A DNA stretch of 64,000 nt from Candidatus Zixiibacteriota bacterium (lineage in GTDB: Bacteria; RBG-13-66-14; B26-G2; WVWN01), in NCBI GenBank assembly GCA_030613505.1, contig JAUWLW010000011.1:945-64944 (forward strand), read 5' to 3'. Both the position numbers and the translations under genes were made by a program. Under the pieces are notes generated by a model. That model was not told the DNA's origin. It ran no database searches and saw only the letters and a list, made by a program, of their open reading frames with translations. This document shows positions 29,552 to 39,548 of this stretch, in pieces. Each line of letters opens with the position of its first letter. Position 1 is the first letter of the stretch.

Positions 29552-30306
29552 CAGTCGAAGTAGATGACCAGGTCGCCGGAGGCGTCGTTGTTGACGCGGA
29601 ACTCGCGCGTTAAGGCGTCGTGGCCCGCGCGCGTAGCGCCCAGCTTCAGCGCGCCGGTCCACACGATATCCTTGGCGTGGATCGTCATGCGGCCCAGCGT
29701 ATTGGTCTCCAGGAACCGCTCGATGACGAGATACCCCGCCCAACTTGACGGCGTATCCGTAGGTCCTATCGTGACCTTGACGCCGGAGGTGTTGGTATAC
29801 AGGTACGTCGTCTTGACCGCCTTGTCGGCGTCCGCGGAGTGGAACGTCAGCACGCCGCTCGCGACCTGGACCTCGCCCGACCCCGACGGCGCGCCGGAGA
29901 CGACCTGGAAGTACGACTTGGCCGCGCCCGAGCCGGTATACACGGAGCCGTGGCCTATGGAGTCGTCGCCGCAGTTGGCGGAGTTGGTCAGCGTCACGTC
30001 GTACGGCGAGCCGGACGGGACCGTCCCCGCCTCCTCCTTGGCCACCGATATGCCCTGCGAGGCGGTGGTCGAGCCGCCGATCAGCGCCGCGACCAGGTTG
30101 GCGTCGGAGTAGTGCCAGCCGATGGTCCCGCCGAACCCGCCTATCAGCGCGTGGTACGCGTTCTGGTTGTTCCAGTTCCCCTTCGGGATCTCGATCTCCT
30201 TGGTGTCGACGTTGAAGTTTATCTCGGCGTAGCCCAGGAACGGGTACTTGTTCGTGGTGTCGAACACCATCCCCTGGCCCACCAGCGCACCCAGTGCGAG
30301 TGCCAT
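29551..30306 (-). CDS. putative major tail/structural protein
   Basis: 251 aa, Gly/Ser/Thr-rich beta-type composition, downstream of head genes. No specific motif recognised. Confidence 0.35.
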   Translation of the reverse strand: MALALGALVGQGMVFDTTNKYPFLGYAEINFNVDTKEIEIPKGNWNNQNAYHALIGGFGGTIGWHYSDANLVAALIGGSTTASQGISVAKEEAGTVPSGSPYDVTLTNSANCGDDSIGHGSVYTGSGAAKSYFQVVSGAPSGSGEVQVASGVLTFHSADADKAVKTTYLYTNTSGVKVTIGPTDTPSSWAGYLVIERFLETNTLGRMTIHAKDIVWTGALKLGATRAGHDALTREFRVNNDASGDLVIYFD

Positions 30307-30367
30307 AATCTATCCCCCCTGGTTGTGGGTTATGTGAAAAGGAATTTTTTTAACGAAGTGTTGCGTT

Positions 30368-30805
30368 TTATACGCCGCCCGGGACGAGGCCGGTCGAGAA
30401 GTCGAACCGCACCTCGACCGTTACGTTCTCGGGCTTCTGCACCACCTTGGTGGCGCTGGCGGCGACGTCGTACCAGGGCGGCCCGTCGCCGGAGATGACC
30501 GGCAGGCCGCGCCGGACGCCCTCCCGCACCGTCTCCACCAGGTGGCTCGCCAGGTCGCCGGCGTTCTCGTGGGCGTCCTCCTTCGAGCCGTGCTGGATGG
30601 CGGCGCGCACCGAGGCGTGGCACACGGCCCACCCCAGCCGGTCGTACGTGTCGGCGCCCATCTCGACCTCGAACGTGGGCTGCGTGAACCGGCCTATGGG
30701 CGCGGCCTTCTCGTAGACGTAGCTCGAGCCGTACTCGTCCTTCAACAGCTGGACGAGGTAGCGCTTCACGCGCTCGCCCGGGCTCTCTCCTATCGTTACG
30801 GCCAT
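30368..30805 (-). CDS. hypothetical phage neck/tail-completion-like protein
   Basis: 145 aa. Context only. Confidence 0.35.
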   Translation of the reverse strand: MAVTIGESPGERVKRYLVQLLKDEYGSSYVYEKAAPIGRFTQPTFEVEMGADTYDRLGWAVCHASVRAAIQHGSKEDAHENAGDLASHLVETVREGVRRGLPVISGDGPPWYDVAASATKVVQKPENVTVEVRFDFSTGLVPGGV

Positions 30806-30877
30806 AGCGTCAAACCTCCGCGGCTGCGACGCGGCGTTCTGTTATTAAGTTGGAATGGGAATGTGAACGGGTGGAAA

Positions 30878-31111
30878 CTAGCCCTCGAGCTGGGAGAGGC
30901 GGGCCTCGCCGGCTCGCGCCCGGTAGGCGGTCTGGATGTCGGCGTCAACGCCGGGGTCGGAAAGGTCGTAGCGGTCGCGCAGGACCGCCTCTATCTCGGC
31001 CTCCGCCCGGTCGCGGTTGGCGGTTACGCGCGCGTCCGCGCACAGGTCGCTCGTAAGCAGCGGATACTCCGTCCGCACGTCGCTTACGTTCGCCGGAGTC
31101 GTCCAGGCCAT
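30878..31111 (-). CDS. chimeric small protein: connector-like N-terminal 52 aa fused to the VDADIQTAYRARAGEARLSQLEG module
   Basis: The N-terminus is near-identical (also at nt level) to 32841..33299, 39549..40010 and 43159..43620. The C-terminus matches 22871..23512. Confidence 0.45.
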   Translation of the reverse strand: MAWTTPANVSDVRTEYPLLTSDLCADARVTANRDRAEAEIEAVLRDRYDLSDPGVDADIQTAYRARAGEARLSQLEG

Positions 31112-31143
31112 CTTTAATTCACCATCCTATTAGCGCGTCCCCA

Positions 31144-31238
31144 GGCCGGCCTCGAGCCAATCGAGGCGCCGGTGGTAAACGCTGCAATCGTTTAATGGGA
31201 AATGCGCGAGATGGGAAACTTACGGTGAGGAAAGGTTG
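31144..31238. repeat. conserved ~90-nt intergenic element, copy A
   Basis: ...CGAGGCGCCGGTGGTAAACGCTGCAATCGTTTAATGGGAAATGCGCGAGATGGGAAACTTAC..GAGGAAAGGTTGTTACTTATCGTC. Also at 36773, 40030 and 41320. Confidence 0.6.
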
Positions 31239-32213
31239 TTACTTATCGTCCGCGGCGACGGGGCGGAAGTATTGGACGCGGTGGTTGCCGGCGTCGGCAA
31301 CGTAGACGGTGCCGTATGCGGCGACGGCTACGGTAATGGGGCCGGAGAATTCGCCTTCGCCTTTACCGTACGAACCGAATTGACCCAGGAAAGAACCCTC
31401 GCGGGAGAAGTATTGTACCCGTTCGTTGCCGACGTCTGCGATGAAGATGGTACCGTTGGAACCTACGGCGACGCCGCTCGGGAATTCGAATTTACCCTCC
31501 CCCGACCCGTGCCGTCCGAAAGATGCGACACACGAACCGTCGGAAGTAAACCGCTTAACTACGCATTCGTACGTATCCGCGACTAAAAATCCGCCTTCGG
31601 AGGTGGACGCCAAGGCAGCCGGGTAGAAACGGCCGCTTTTTTCTCCCACGACGGCCGGACGAGACTTGAAGATTATCGACCCGGCTTCATCATAACATGT
31701 TACGAACGGCGACGCGCCATCACCCACTAAAACCCGGCCACCAGCGGTTACGGTAAGAGAGGGCGGCATACCGTAAACGTACAGCCTTTCCCTAGGGTTG
31801 GCGTCTCGGTAAGGCCACTCGTTTATGAACGAGCCGGCGGCGGTAAACCTTTTCACGTTGCGGGTACGCGCGTCGGCAACGAAAACCGAACCGTCGATAC
31901 CCGCCGCTAAACATACCGGTTCTAACCCCGGGGGATTTCCCCCTTCTTCGGGAACCTGAGGATCGAGTTGCCATTTAGTTATGAAAGAACCTGAACCCGA
32001 AAAAACCTGTACCGTTCGTGCCGCCTCGTCAATCGCGTAAACACTACCTTGCGGTCCGACGGCAATACCGACCAACTCGAGGAATTGCCCGTCGCCCGAG
32101 CCCTTTTCGCCCCAACCGCCGGCGTAAACGTACCTCTGGGGGGCCGCGGGTTTGGGGCTGCACGTTACGGACAAAGCAACCGCTAATAACGTTATTGAAA
32201 ATAGGCGCGTCAT
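31239..32213 (-). CDS. secreted NHL-repeat protein (subfamily ending ...YFRPVAADDK)
   Basis: Signal peptide. NHL repeats. Confidence 0.8.
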   Translation of the reverse strand: MTRLFSITLLAVALSVTCSPKPAAPQRYVYAGGWGEKGSGDGQFLELVGIAVGPQGSVYAIDEAARTVQVFSGSGSFITKWQLDPQVPEEGGNPPGLEPVCLAAGIDGSVFVADARTRNVKRFTAAGSFINEWPYRDANPRERLYVYGMPPSLTVTAGGRVLVGDGASPFVTCYDEAGSIIFKSRPAVVGEKSGRFYPAALASTSEGGFLVADTYECVVKRFTSDGSCVASFGRHGSGEGKFEFPSGVAVGSNGTIFIADVGNERVQYFSREGSFLGQFGSYGKGEGEFSGPITVAVAAYGTVYVADAGNHRVQYFRPVAADDK

Positions 32214-32764
32214 TTCCCGAATAAACTACCAAACCATTGTAATAAGTTAGGCGGTTCTTCCTCAACTATAAACTTACCCCTAAGTTCCGGGTATTTGAAA
32301 CCTCGACCCGTACCCGGCCATACTCTCAACTTCCGTGTGAACCCGCAGGATATCGCCCATTCCCGCCACTTGTCTATTTTTTGGTAACACGCGCATATAT
32401 ACAACGTTCCATCACCCGCGATATAAGGCGCGGTATTTCGGAATATCTCGTCAGGACTTATTAATTCTAGTTGCGGGGGCCAATGCCGCAATAAACCGGG
32501 TCCCGGGTAAACGCCATGATGGTAAATTATAATATGGTCGAACCGTCGCCAACCGCTAACACCTTGATAAGTCCGCCACACGAAAGTATTTTGGATCGTA
32601 CTACCGATGTCGTCGGGTTCGGTCGGAACGAAATAGGCAAAATCCAATATGACATCATTCGCCTCGGCCAGGTCGAGATAAGTTTCCTTATCCCCCTCTA
32701 CGTCGCCGGCTTGGCGACTACCAAGGGCTGTGACTATACACGCGAATTCCGTGCGATCGCCCAT
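32210..32764 (-). CDS. hypothetical protein
   Basis: 184 aa, locally lower GC. Overlaps the next gene by 4 nt. Confidence 0.4.
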   Translation of the reverse strand: MGDRTEFACIVTALGSRQAGDVEGDKETYLDLAEANDVILDFAYFVPTEPDDIGSTIQNTFVWRTYQGVSGWRRFDHIIIYHHGVYPGPGLLRHWPPQLELISPDEIFRNTAPYIAGDGTLYICACYQKIDKWREWAISCGFTRKLRVWPGTGRGFKYPELRGKFIVEEEPPNLLQWFGSLFGK

Positions 32765-32840
32765 TTACAATCGTAGTATTATTCGGCCGCTAGAGGCAGC
32801 CGCGGCCTTTCACGTATAACCGGGCGGCTGTTACCGTTAA

Positions 32841-33299
32841 TTAATCGTCGTCGTTGAATGGGAATCCCGGCCCGGGATGTTTATTAAGGCCGAAACTACT
32901 AAAGGCGCTCTTTCCCAGGTCGAAATTCCCCACCGTCGGCGTAGGGATGTTCCTCGATACTTTTAAAGAAAGCTTTACCTTGCCTCGAAGAACGTCCGCT
33001 TTAAATACTTCCCACTCGTGCCAGTACGTCGAAGCCGCCGTCCGCCCCTCCCCGGTCCACCCCTGCTCGCCGTACGCCGAGTTGATGCAGTGGTAGAGCG
33101 TCAGCGCCAGGCAGATGCGCCACACGTACTTGTCGGCGCCGGGGTCCGTCAGGTCGTAGCGGTCGCGCAGGACCGCCTCTATCTCCGCCTCCGCCCGGTC
33201 GCGGTTGGCGGTAACTCGCGCGTCCGCGCACAGGTCGCTCGTAAGCAGCGGATACTCCGTCCGGACGTCGCTTACGTTCACGGGAGTCGTCCAGGCCAT
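32841..33299 (-). CDS. phage gp6-like head-tail connector-like protein (152-aa family, 3 full copies)
   Basis: N-terminal VSDVRTEYPLLTSDLCADARVTANRDRAEAEIEAVLRDRYDL resembles gp6-type connectors. Positioned after the major capsid gene. Confidence 0.45.
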   Translation of the reverse strand: MAWTTPVNVSDVRTEYPLLTSDLCADARVTANRDRAEAEIEAVLRDRYDLTDPGADKYVWRICLALTLYHCINSAYGEQGWTGEGRTAASTYWHEWEVFKADVLRGKVKLSLKVSRNIPTPTVGNFDLGKSAFSSFGLNKHPGPGFPFNDDD

Positions 33300-33673
33300 T
33301 ATTCTTTCCCCCTTCTCTTGCTCGAGCCGCGGCCGCGGCCTTTGCCGGATGTCGCTTTCTTATCGTTTGAACTCTTCTTCGCCGTCGCCGTGGGCGCCTT
33401 TTTGGCCGGGGCCTTCCGTACCTCCAGGTGGCCCAGCTCGACGCCGCGCTCGAGGCGCGCCATGTCCGCGGCGGCCTCGTCGAACGCGGTCCACTTGCCG
33501 GCGAAGAACCGTACGTCGCCGAAGACGCGGCCTCGCGTCCTCATGAGCGCCGGGCCGTCGCCCTCCAGCGTCCTCAGATATTCGTCCGTCAGTCGTCCTT
33601 CGCACATAGCCATAGCGATTACCTCACGTCGGTAATATTCAACGAAAAGGAGTTGGGAGCCCGGGTTGGCCAA
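33299..33673 (-). CDS. hypothetical phage protein with Lys/Arg-rich C-terminal tail
   Basis: ...KAPAKKAPTATAKKSSNDKKATSGKGRGRGSSKRRGKE. Confidence 0.4.
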   Translation of the reverse strand: MANPGSQLLFVEYYRREVIAMAMCEGRLTDEYLRTLEGDGPALMRTRGRVFGDVRFFAGKWTAFDEAAADMARLERGVELGHLEVRKAPAKKAPTATAKKSSNDKKATSGKGRGRGSSKRRGKE

Positions 33674-33691
33674 GCCTCCCCGGGCTCTTTT

Positions 33692-34612
33692 TTAGACGTC
33701 GCCGATTATCGCAAGGTACCACGGGCCGTAGCCGAAGCGGTACCGCTCGTACGTCTTGGTGACGTAGTTGTCGGTATGCTGGTCGGGCTCGAAGACGTTG
33801 ACCTCGAGGTCGATGCGCTTCTGGAATATGAACGGCCTTACGGGCTTGCCTAGGTCGAGGAAGTACCAGGCGGTGGCGCTGGAGATGTAGGGCGTCTGGA
33901 TGAGCGCCAGCTTCTCGTAGAACGGGTTGTAGCCGGCGTTGGCGGTGCCCGCGGCGCCCGGCGTGTTGATGAGCATCTCCCACGCGACGCCGGTGTCGCC
34001 GGCGCCGGTCACGATGTGGGTCGGCCGGACGTCAAGCGGGCTGCCCTTGGGGTCCGTGAAGGCGCGCATTACCTTGAGGACGTCGATGGCGTTTGAGAGT
34101 GACGTCGCCAGATCGGCGGTCCCCACGGCCTTGTTCTGGTCGTCGTTGGACTGGTTGGAGCTGCCGGCGTGGTCGGTGTCGAAGAAGTACTGGCCGTCGT
34201 GGCACGTGGCGGCGGTGCCGCCGGTGACGAGCGAGGCCCAGTTATCCTGGAGCTTGATCTGGTGGCCTATGGCGGCGCTCTGGAACTTCTGGCGGATGTA
34301 GTTGTGCCGGTCGTCCTCCACCATCTTGCGGTGGATGTCGATGGCCAGGCCGTAGGTGTAGTTGGTTAAGGAGTAGCTCTCGTCGTCTAGGCCGTAGTGG
34401 ATGCGGGCGTCCTCGTCGATGCGCCCCGGGACCGGCAAGCGGCCGCCGAAGCCGTAGTACTCTGTTTCGCCGTCGCTCGACGTCACCATAACGGCGTCCT
34501 TCCAGGAGGCGTCCTGGTAGTACGAGTCCTCGTAGATGCGGAAGAACTCCTCCTTGCACGCCACCTCCAGGACCCGGGCGAAGTCGCTCGGCGAAAGGTT
34601 AGGTCCTGCCAT
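33692..34612 (-). CDS. phage major capsid protein (Mu gpT-like size and position)
   Basis: 306 aa, directly after the protease/scaffold and a small gene. No signal peptide. Confidence 0.55.
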   Translation of the reverse strand: MAGPNLSPSDFARVLEVACKEEFFRIYEDSYYQDASWKDAVMVTSSDGETEYYGFGGRLPVPGRIDEDARIHYGLDDESYSLTNYTYGLAIDIHRKMVEDDRHNYIRQKFQSAAIGHQIKLQDNWASLVTGGTAATCHDGQYFFDTDHAGSSNQSNDDQNKAVGTADLATSLSNAIDVLKVMRAFTDPKGSPLDVRPTHIVTGAGDTGVAWEMLINTPGAAGTANAGYNPFYEKLALIQTPYISSATAWYFLDLGKPVRPFIFQKRIDLEVNVFEPDQHTDNYVTKTYERYRFGYGPWYLAIIGDV

Positions 34613-34667
34613 TAAAGTTCACCCCCCTTGAATTGGGATTCGGACAAGGGGCTTGGGCCCCCTGCGT

Positions 34668-35114
34668 TTACGGACAATAGTTGTCGACGGCGAGCACGGC
34701 CGTCGAGGTCAGGTAGTCGACGCAGCAGCCGACCTTGCAGCCGGTGGTCGTGCCGGACTGCGCCGTGGCCGGCGTACCGGAGGCCCCGCCGTCGCAGTAG
34801 AACTCGGTGCCGACGTCGGTGACGGCGGGCGTGCCCTTGACGAACTCGAACAGGCCCTTGCGCCACACCTTTATCTTGGCGGTGCCGTCGCCGGTTACGG
34901 TCTGAGCCGCGACGCCGGCGAAGGTCTCGCTCGCCAGGTTGGCGGCGTACGTCACGTAGCCGGTTAGCGCGGTCGTGTCGTACTCGAAGACCACGAGCGA
35001 GCCCTTGTAGACCGTGACGCCGCTCTTGACGATGTAATGGGTGTAGGCCGAGTCGTCGTTGGGAATGCGGCGCGGGTTACACTCGTGCTCCGCGGTGATG
35101 TTTCCAAACGCCAT
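34668..35114 (-). CDS. hypothetical head protein (decoration-like?)
   Basis: 148 aa between the protease/scaffold and the major capsid. Confidence 0.35.
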   Translation of the reverse strand: MAFGNITAEHECNPRRIPNDDSAYTHYIVKSGVTVYKGSLVVFEYDTTALTGYVTYAANLASETFAGVAAQTVTGDGTAKIKVWRKGLFEFVKGTPAVTDVGTEFYCDGGASGTPATAQSGTTTGCKVGCCVDYLTSTAVLAVDNYCP

Positions 35115-35167
35115 TTACTTCACCCCCCTTTGGGTTCGGTATAGGGCGGCGGGTATGAAACCCGCCG

Positions 35168-36742
35168 TTATAATTGGCCGTAGAGCTCGCCGAGGCGGCG
35201 CTCGATGGCGGCTTCGTCGTAGCCCATCGCCTTAAGCACTTCCACCACTTCGGGGTTCTCGCGCGCCAAAGGCGACGGCTCCGCGGGCCGGCCGTGCTCC
35301 TGGGGCTCGCCTCCGGTGGGCGCGGCGTCGAAGCGGACCTCCAGAGCCGCCGCGGCCTCCATCGCGAGCTCCTTGTCCTTCAGATAGAGCTCGAGCCACT
35401 TGCTTTGATGCGCCGGCTTGGCACGGCCCGCGCGGACCAGCGCCTCGGCGAAGCGTTCCGCCTCGGCCTCGAAGGCCATGCGGTCGTGGGCGGCGCGCTC
35501 GAGCTTCTCCAGCCGGAGATTGTCGCGCTCGGCCTTGACGGCCTCGAAGTCGGTCGCCAGCCGCTCGTGCCGACCCCGGAGCGCCTCGAAGCGGGCGCTC
35601 AGGCCGTCGAGCCGCGTCTCCATCCGGGCGACGTCTTTCGACGGAGCGCCCTCGCCGCGGAAGCCGAGCTTGCCGAGGAACTTCGCCAGCCGCCGCGACT
35701 TAGCGCCTTCGGCCTCGACCGCGGCCTTGTCTTCCTCCGCGGGTTTCTCCCCTTCCGCCTTGGCCTCCTCCAGCAGCGCCTCCAGCTCCTCGCGGACGCG
35801 CTCGCGGTCTTCCTCGGGAATCGGCTCGCCGGTGGACATAGTCTCGGCGTCGAGCGCCGCCAACGCCTCCTCCACGTGCGAGAGCGAGACGTTGCCTTCC
35901 GCGTCGCGGACCGGGAAGTGGCGCAGCTCGCGCGGGACGGTCTTACCCTCCTCGTCGGCCTCGCCGCCGGGCTCTACGTAGGCGAACGACTCGTCGGGCA
36001 GGGCGTCGACGTACTCGGCGTCCCACTTTTCCTCGGGCCCTTCGGCCTTCGGCTCCTTCTCGTCGTCGACGGCGTCGCCGGCGCGGAAGTAGAAGCCGCC
36101 GTCGCGGCGCGCTTCCATCAGCGCCTGGAAGCCGTCCTGTTCGCGGACGTGGGGGTCGAGGGTCAGGGCGACGTGGCGGATGACCTCGTCGTAGCGGCGG
36201 CCGCAGGCCGTGAGCACCGGCCCCACGCCGACGGAGACGTCCTGGATGGTGCCGTCCACGATGCGGGCGGCGGTGTCCTCGTCGGTAATGTTGAAGACGC
36301 CGTAGAGCTTGCCGTCGGCGATCTCGAAGGCCTCCACCCAGCCGGCGTTGTCGGCGGGATGGTAGGAGTGGTGGTACGGGACCCAGGTCTTGACGCCGGC
36401 GGCCCGGGTATCGTTCACCCAGTCCCGCAGGCGCTCGAGCGTGACGTCGACCGTCTTGCCCGGGTCGTCGGGGAGGACGTAGCGGCCCACGCGGATTATC
36501 TCCTTGCGGAAGCGCGCCTCGGCCTTGAGCGTCCACTCGCCTTCGGCCTCCTCGTATTTTTCTTTGGCCTTCTCCCAGGCGACGTCGGCGCACTCCTTCT
36601 GGGCGGCCTCGTCGGTCTTGCCCTTGTCGGCCAGGCAGGCGAAGTAGGACTCGCGCAAGAGCTCGTTGAGCTCCGCGGGGGCGTCCGGGCCGGCCTCGGG
36701 CGGTTTGAGCTTCTTCTCGTCGGGCATATTGAACCCCTCCAA
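35168..36742 (-). CDS. prohead protease/scaffolding fusion protein (Mu gpI-like)
   Basis: N-terminal globular region, then a long Glu/Ala/Arg-rich coiled-coil C-terminal half. Confidence 0.45.
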   Translation of the reverse strand: MEGFNMPDEKKLKPPEAGPDAPAELNELLRESYFACLADKGKTDEAAQKECADVAWEKAKEKYEEAEGEWTLKAEARFRKEIIRVGRYVLPDDPGKTVDVTLERLRDWVNDTRAAGVKTWVPYHHSYHPADNAGWVEAFEIADGKLYGVFNITDEDTAARIVDGTIQDVSVGVGPVLTACGRRYDEVIRHVALTLDPHVREQDGFQALMEARRDGGFYFRAGDAVDDEKEPKAEGPEEKWDAEYVDALPDESFAYVEPGGEADEEGKTVPRELRHFPVRDAEGNVSLSHVEEALAALDAETMSTGEPIPEEDRERVREELEALLEEAKAEGEKPAEEDKAAVEAEGAKSRRLAKFLGKLGFRGEGAPSKDVARMETRLDGLSARFEALRGRHERLATDFEAVKAERDNLRLEKLERAAHDRMAFEAEAERFAEALVRAGRAKPAHQSKWLELYLKDKELAMEAAAALEVRFDAAPTGGEPQEHGRPAEPSPLARENPEVVEVLKAMGYDEAAIERRLGELYGQL

Positions 36743-36772
36743 TCTTAAATTATGGAAAGCTTGCCGGCCGCT

Positions 36773-36849
36773 CGAGGCGCCGGTGGTAAACGCTGCGATT
36801 GATTAATGGAGATTAAGGGAGATGGGAAACTTGCCGCGAGGAAAGGTTG
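36773..36849. repeat. conserved intergenic element, copy B
   Basis: Same core as 31144..31238. Confidence 0.6.
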
Positions 36850-37779
36850 TTACTTATCGTCGGGGGCGGCGGGACGGAAATATTGGATGCGGCCGTTGCC
36901 GGTGTCGGCTACGTAGACGGTGCCGTCCGCGGCGACGGCGATACCTGCAGGGTAATGGAACTCGCCCGGGCCGAGACCGTCGTTACCCCAGGCGCTTACG
37001 AAAGACCCCTCGGCTGTGAAGTGTTGTACACGGTGGTTATAATTATCCGCGACAAATACGTCGCCGTTCGGGCCGACGGCGATGTCGCCCGGGTATAAAA
37101 ACTCGCCTAAACCGGAACCCATTTTACCCCAAGAACCGAGGAATTCCCACTCGGCGTCGAAATACATAACTTTCCCGGAAGTGTTGTTTAATAAATATAT
37201 TATACCCTCGGCCGTTATAGCGATACTCACGAAATCAGTGTAGCGGAATTCTTTACAACGCCACTCCCCTATATATTCCCCCCCGGGCTTGAAGTATTGA
37301 ATCCGGCTGTTATTGTAGTCTACTACGAAAACCGTCCCTAAGGGTCCGAACGCTATACCCGCCGGTCCATGGAACTCGCCCGGGCCCTTACCAGGACCGC
37401 CCCATTTACCGACAAACTCCTTTTCCTTCGAAAAAAACTGCACGTCGTCCCGGTATATATCGGCGACGTATATATTCCCGTTATCGGCTACGGCTACGGT
37501 CGTAGGATATCGGAATTCGCCGTCGCCGTTACCTCCGGAACCGAACGCGCCGAGGAATATACCCTCGGGCGAAAAATATTGTACCCGGGCGTTCCCCGTA
37601 TCGGCAACGTAAACGATGCCTTCAGGGCCGACGGCGACGTCATAAGGAATGTTAAAACAGCCGTTGAAGGCCGCGCTAACCCCCCAAGACCCCGCGTACA
37701 CGTAATCATTTCCGGCCGCCGTCAACCCGGGAGTTAAGAGAAGGACGCAGCTTAAAAAGTTTATGAGGAGTTTATACAT
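36850..37779 (-). CDS. secreted NHL-repeat protein (...YFRPAAPDDK)
   Basis: MYKLLINFLSCVLLLTPGLTAAG signal peptide. NHL repeats. Confidence 0.8.
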   Translation of the reverse strand: MYKLLINFLSCVLLLTPGLTAAGNDYVYAGSWGVSAAFNGCFNIPYDVAVGPEGIVYVADTGNARVQYFSPEGIFLGAFGSGGNGDGEFRYPTTVAVADNGNIYVADIYRDDVQFFSKEKEFVGKWGGPGKGPGEFHGPAGIAFGPLGTVFVVDYNNSRIQYFKPGGEYIGEWRCKEFRYTDFVSIAITAEGIIYLLNNTSGKVMYFDAEWEFLGSWGKMGSGLGEFLYPGDIAVGPNGDVFVADNYNHRVQHFTAEGSFVSAWGNDGLGPGEFHYPAGIAVAADGTVYVADTGNGRIQYFRPAAPDDK

Positions 37780-37794
37780 AGGTTAAGAACGGTA

Positions 37795-38727
37795 CTACTT
37801 ATCGTCCGCGGCGGCGGGGCGGAAGTATTGAATGCGGCCGTTGCCTTTATCAACGACGTATAACAAACCCCCCGCGGAAAAAGCCAAACTACACGGTGCA
37901 TAGAATTCGCCGGCGTTGAAACCCTCTACCCCCAACTTGCCTAAAAAAGAACCTGTCGACGTGAAATATTGAATGCGATGATTAAACTCATCCGCAACGT
38001 ACACGTTGCCATCAGGGCCCACCGTAATACCGGTAGGGAAATCGAATTGCCCGTCGCCAACGCCGTGAGAACCCCACATACCTAAAAAAGAACCGGAACG
38101 GTTAAAATACTGCACCCGATGGTTTTCTGAGTCGGTAACGAAGATTTTACCGCCCGAACCAGCCGCGATATCTCCGGGGTTCCTAAAACACCCCTCTCCC
38201 GTACCGCTGGAACCCCATTCCCTTAAAAATGAACCGGTGGAAGTGAAATGTTTTATACGGTTTTCGAGGCGGTCGGCTACATAAACGTCGCCGTTAGTAT
38301 CCACACCTAGGGCACTCGGAAAAGAAAAAGAACCGCCGACGGTTACGAAGGAACCCCACTCGTATACGAAATCGCCGTCCCGCGTAAACCGTTGTACCTT
38401 CCCGAGTTCGGTTTGGAGAATGTAAATATCGCCGTTGGGGGCTACCTCCACCGCTTCCGGAAAATCAAACTCCCCCTCGCCCGGAGCGTAATTACCCCAC
38501 GTACTTATTACCGACCCGGAAGGCGTATATTTGGCGAGACGTTGCATCCTTAAATCAATTACGTATACGTTTCCATCAGCGCCGACGGCGACGCGCCCGG
38601 GAAGCGAAAGATTCATTGTCCCGTCTAAGGTACGCCACTCCCCCGCATATCGGTATTCATTAGCGATAGATGGCTTACCGCAGGTAAGCGACAAAAAGAC
38701 GAATACCATTAGAAATCGAACGCGCAT
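37795..38727 (-). CDS. secreted NHL-repeat protein (...YFRPAAADDK); near-duplicate of 41406..42338
   Basis: MRVRFLMVFVFLSLTCG... signal peptide. Confidence 0.8.
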   Translation of the reverse strand: MRVRFLMVFVFLSLTCGKPSIANEYRYAGEWRTLDGTMNLSLPGRVAVGADGNVYVIDLRMQRLAKYTPSGSVISTWGNYAPGEGEFDFPEAVEVAPNGDIYILQTELGKVQRFTRDGDFVYEWGSFVTVGGSFSFPSALGVDTNGDVYVADRLENRIKHFTSTGSFLREWGSSGTGEGCFRNPGDIAAGSGGKIFVTDSENHRVQYFNRSGSFLGMWGSHGVGDGQFDFPTGITVGPDGNVYVADEFNHRIQYFTSTGSFLGKLGVEGFNAGEFYAPCSLAFSAGGLLYVVDKGNGRIQYFRPAAADDK

Positions 38728-38841
38728 ATTCTATATCCCGTGGATATCGTAAAACATCTTATATTACTTATTATAGCTATAAAAAGCGGAAACGTAAAGT
38801 CCCTACGTCATCGTGGTAAATATATTAAAATATTTAAACGC

Positions 38842-39540
38842 TTAAGGCCGGACGGGTCCGAAAGGCCAAGGACAAGTATACCGCACCGTAACGTACCAAT
38901 GGGGCGGGTCCCCCGTTAGGTGGTAGAAACCGCCCACGTCGTTGTCACCTATACTGTGCAAGACGGCTGGGTCCATCGGCGGGTCGAATCGGTTGGCGAA
39001 AAAAGTCTTAGCATCAGGCCTCGTAACGACGTCAACGGCGCAACCGTTCCAATGGCCGAACGCGTCGCTTGCGTCCCGAATGCCGTACGGGTCACTCTCG
39101 GGTAAACCATTAATTACCGGCGTACCCAAGCGCCGATAACCCGACGTTAAGTATATAACCGGCTTCATTCCGGCGGGTATGCCCCAGGGGCGAGGGAATA
39201 ATTTCTTATGCTCCTCCCACGCCGCGTCGCGCCACTCGCGCAGCTTCTCGATTAACTCCGGACGCGCCAACATACACCGATCGCCGTGCGCCGTCGTCGC
39301 GACCTTATTGGGGATAGGCTCCAGGACATTTTTCTCTATATCGTCGACGACAGCCTGTAAATCCTCCCACGAACTTACGCCCGGTTGGTGCCTTTTAAAG
39401 CTCGTTATTAAATCCCTAATCGCGGCCCGTTCTTCCCAGTCGTTGGAATACGCGTACGACGCCAGCGTTCGGAAGCGGCAAGAATTCAACCCCCGAACCG
39501 TGGAGTGCCGGGCCAATGGTCCCATCGGGTCGGCAGCCAT
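38842..39540 (-). CDS. peptidase M15-family (VanY / L-Ala-D-Glu endopeptidase-like) zinc peptidase
   Basis: LTSGYRRLGT...SDAFGHWNGCAVDVV...DPPHWYV. About 85% nt identity to 42452..43150. Confidence 0.55.
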   Translation of the reverse strand: MAADPMGPLARHSTVRGLNSCRFRTLASYAYSNDWEERAAIRDLITSFKRHQPGVSSWEDLQAVVDDIEKNVLEPIPNKVATTAHGDRCMLARPELIEKLREWRDAAWEEHKKLFPRPWGIPAGMKPVIYLTSGYRRLGTPVINGLPESDPYGIRDASDAFGHWNGCAVDVVTRPDAKTFFANRFDPPMDPAVLHSIGDNDVGGFYHLTGDPPHWYVTVRYTCPWPFGPVRP

Positions 39541-39548
39541 TTTTCCCC

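Noticed and set aside
36822-37098. Small plus-strand ORFs starting MGNL... inside the conserved intergenic element (also 31236, 40095)
   Set aside because: The ATG sits directly after a GGGAG with no spacer and the products are Arg-rich. They are probably antisense artefacts. The conserved element is better treated as non-coding.
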